64,000 nucleotides of DNA from positions 26,226,001-26,290,000 of the forward strand of contig CM060734.1 in NCBI GenBank assembly GCA_030704615.1, in the 5' to 3' direction. This DNA comes from Takakia lepidozioides (taxonomy: Eukaryota > Plantae > Bryophyta). The notes below the pieces were generated by a model. That model did no database searches and was not told the DNA's origin. It saw only the letters and a list, made by a program, of their open reading frames with translations. The position numbers were made by a program, and so were the translations under genes. Shown in pieces: positions 62,201-64,000 of this stretch. How positions within the stretch are numbered: position 1 is the first letter of the stretch; each line of letters opens with the position of its first letter.

Positions 62201-64000
62201 TTTCGGGCTAAGTCCCTAGACTGGCTGGCCCTGAAGTGGAAATTCGGCGCCATATTCCAGTTCCAGGCCCTATTGCCGTCCACGGACTTAGCCATTTTCG
62301 GTCTAAGTCCCTACGGTGGCTGGCCAGGAACTGGAAATTCGGCGCCGTTTTCCAGTTCTAGGCCCTATTGCTGTCCAGGGACTTAGCCATTTTCGGGCTA
62401 AGTCCCTAGGGTGGCTGGCCCGGAACTGGAAATTCGGCGCCGTTTTCCAGTTCTAGGCCCTATTGCCGTCCAGGGACTTAGCCATTTTCGGGCTAAGTCC
62501 CTAGACTGGCTGGCTCTGAACTGGAAATTCGGCGCCGTTTTCCAGTTCCAGGCCGTATTGCCGTTCAGGGACTTAGCCATTTTCGGGCTAAGTCCCTAGA
62601 CTGGGTGGCCCTGAAGTGGAAATTCGGCGCCATATTCCAGTTGTAGGCCCTATTGCCGTTCAGGGACTTAGCCATTTTCGGACCTCATTGTGTTTTTCAT
62701 GAATGCAGGTACTGTAAGTTCTCCTTTTGGAGAAAGGTCATCTGTCTTTCGAGCCACCATTCTTCCTGGCATGGAGGAACCCTGGGGCTGACTCCATGTA
62801 CACTGACGATATTGTGAAGGAGTGGCATCTGGAACATTTGCGTGATTGCCCTTGGTATGTGGACCTTCCGCCCGGCTCGCTCGACCCATCCGAGTTTCAA
62901 TTGAAGCTGGATGCTGAATTCCGACGAAACCGGGCTCCGCTGCCTCCGTTGGGTGCAAAAGAGGCAAAAGCGCTTGCGAACTCCAGGAAAGTGGCAGAGC
63001 TTGCTCAGGCAGGAATTCAAGAGAAATTGCATGAGAAGAGTAAAGGTCAAAGGAAAAGGACAAGGAAACAGGTGACTGCAGTAACACCCAAAAAGAAGAA
63101 ACCATCGGGGCATCGGAGGAGGCGCAGGAGGGGACCCAAGAGAGTGACTCCGACGCCGATTTTGTTCAAGGTCCTGCGACTGCTGTTGCTCCTACCGAGT
63201 CACCGGTCATCCGGGTTCCCAAGTCAGTTCGGAGTGGGACTGGCTCTGCCAAGAAGTTGGCATTTGAGGGCGAGCCTACACGGCGGTATTCGGCGGTGAC
63301 GTTTACGCACAGGCCAAAGCTAGAACCTCCAACCATCATCCAATGCGTCAATGAGAGCTTCCTTGACGCTCTCGCTGCCAGGGCGAAGAAGGTGGCACAC
63401 AACAAGTCTCTGGCGGAGCAGAAGGGGAAAGCCAAGAAGAGGGCTGCCGGTACAGAGCCTAAAGACACCCCTGGTTTTGAAGCCATGATGGAATTCTTCA
63501 CGGCTGTGAGCACGAATTGCAAGAGCACTCGGGGGGGGTTGAGGTGGAGAGAGCTTGCGACATGATTCTCCTCGACATTCCAGATGGGGAGCTGCTGGAG
63601 GGCCTGGATGGTGTGCCCACCTAGAACAGGTTTACTGAGGACTACTGGAAAGCCGGGTTGGGCTGGCGGGGATGCTTCTGGATGACGGTGGATGTGTGGT
63701 TGTCCTTGCCACGAGAGGGAAGACCACAGAGAATGCGGTGGCAAGGTGGACACCGAAAAGTGTCACCCCGGTCCTCCTCAGAAAATGGTTCTGCATCAGT
63801 ACGCAGGGGTTGCGAACAGAGGGCCAAAGTGTAAGTTATCAATCTATTGCATTCACTTCATATTGTGGTGTATGTTAAGTAGACCCTGGAATTGATCCCT
63901 TCTTTGTTGGATGTGCAGACATTGGTGTTTGAGGCATATTGCTTTGTGAAGAGAGGGTCTACGTTCAAATTCCGCAACGACGGTCGTCTTGTTGATGCCG
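59300..64000 (+). pseudogene. Degenerate, probably spliced, protein-coding region of unknown family (likely TE-borne)
   Basis: Chain of protein-like plus-strand ORF pieces (59586.., 59873.., 60935.., 61144.., 61556.., 62727.., 63257..) broken by stops and frameshifts; gtaagt donor at about 63831 and tgcag acceptor at about 63918. No recognisable domain. Confidence 0.4.
61789..62682. repeat. 95-bp tandem array (9 units), each unit a hairpin centred on GGAAATTCGGCGCC, bounded by a 21-bp inverted repeat
   Basis: Cores at 61867, 61961, 62056, 62151, 62246, 62341, 62436, 62531, 62626; tccgaaaatggctaagtccct (61818-61838) is the reverse complement of 62662-62682. Confidence 0.95.

Noticed and set aside
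61789-62682. CRISPR-like array
   Set aside because: Whole 95-bp units are near-identical, so there are no unique spacers.

Overview
Eukaryotic (plant) genomic scaffold made of three contigs separated by two 500-N gaps (2032-2531, 58724-59223). The only clearly intact host gene is a 21-exon BSU1-like Kelch-repeat Ser/Thr phosphatase (BSL2/3 type, minus strand, 7894-20206, about 985 aa by manual splicing). From 21.5 to 40.5 kb there is a nest of Ty3/Gypsy LTR retrotransposons. The oldest (element A, minus strand) carries a complete DNMT3-like C5 cytosine methyltransferase domain between its protease and reverse transcriptase. Into A inserted a Tf1/sushi/Tcn1-type chromovirus (B) that has a self-priming PBS and a candidate -1 frameshift pseudoknot. 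Into B's chromodomain inserted a younger tRNA-iMet-primed chromovirus (C, TSD AATCA). From 40.5 to 56.7 kb lie CACTA sequences: two inverted copies, each with a SET-domain-like gene upstream of the Tnp2 transposase, plus an F-box/kelch pseudogene with an inverted 5' end. Both outer contigs carry tandem arrays of the same palindromic core (GGAAATTCGGCGCCG) at 53-bp and 95-bp periods, next to unidentified degenerate ORFs. The most notable theme is two different transposon classes each carrying a putative chromatin-writer domain (DNMT, SET). The TE repertoire suggests a non-angiosperm land plant, which is an inference. All calls are by eye, with no database search.
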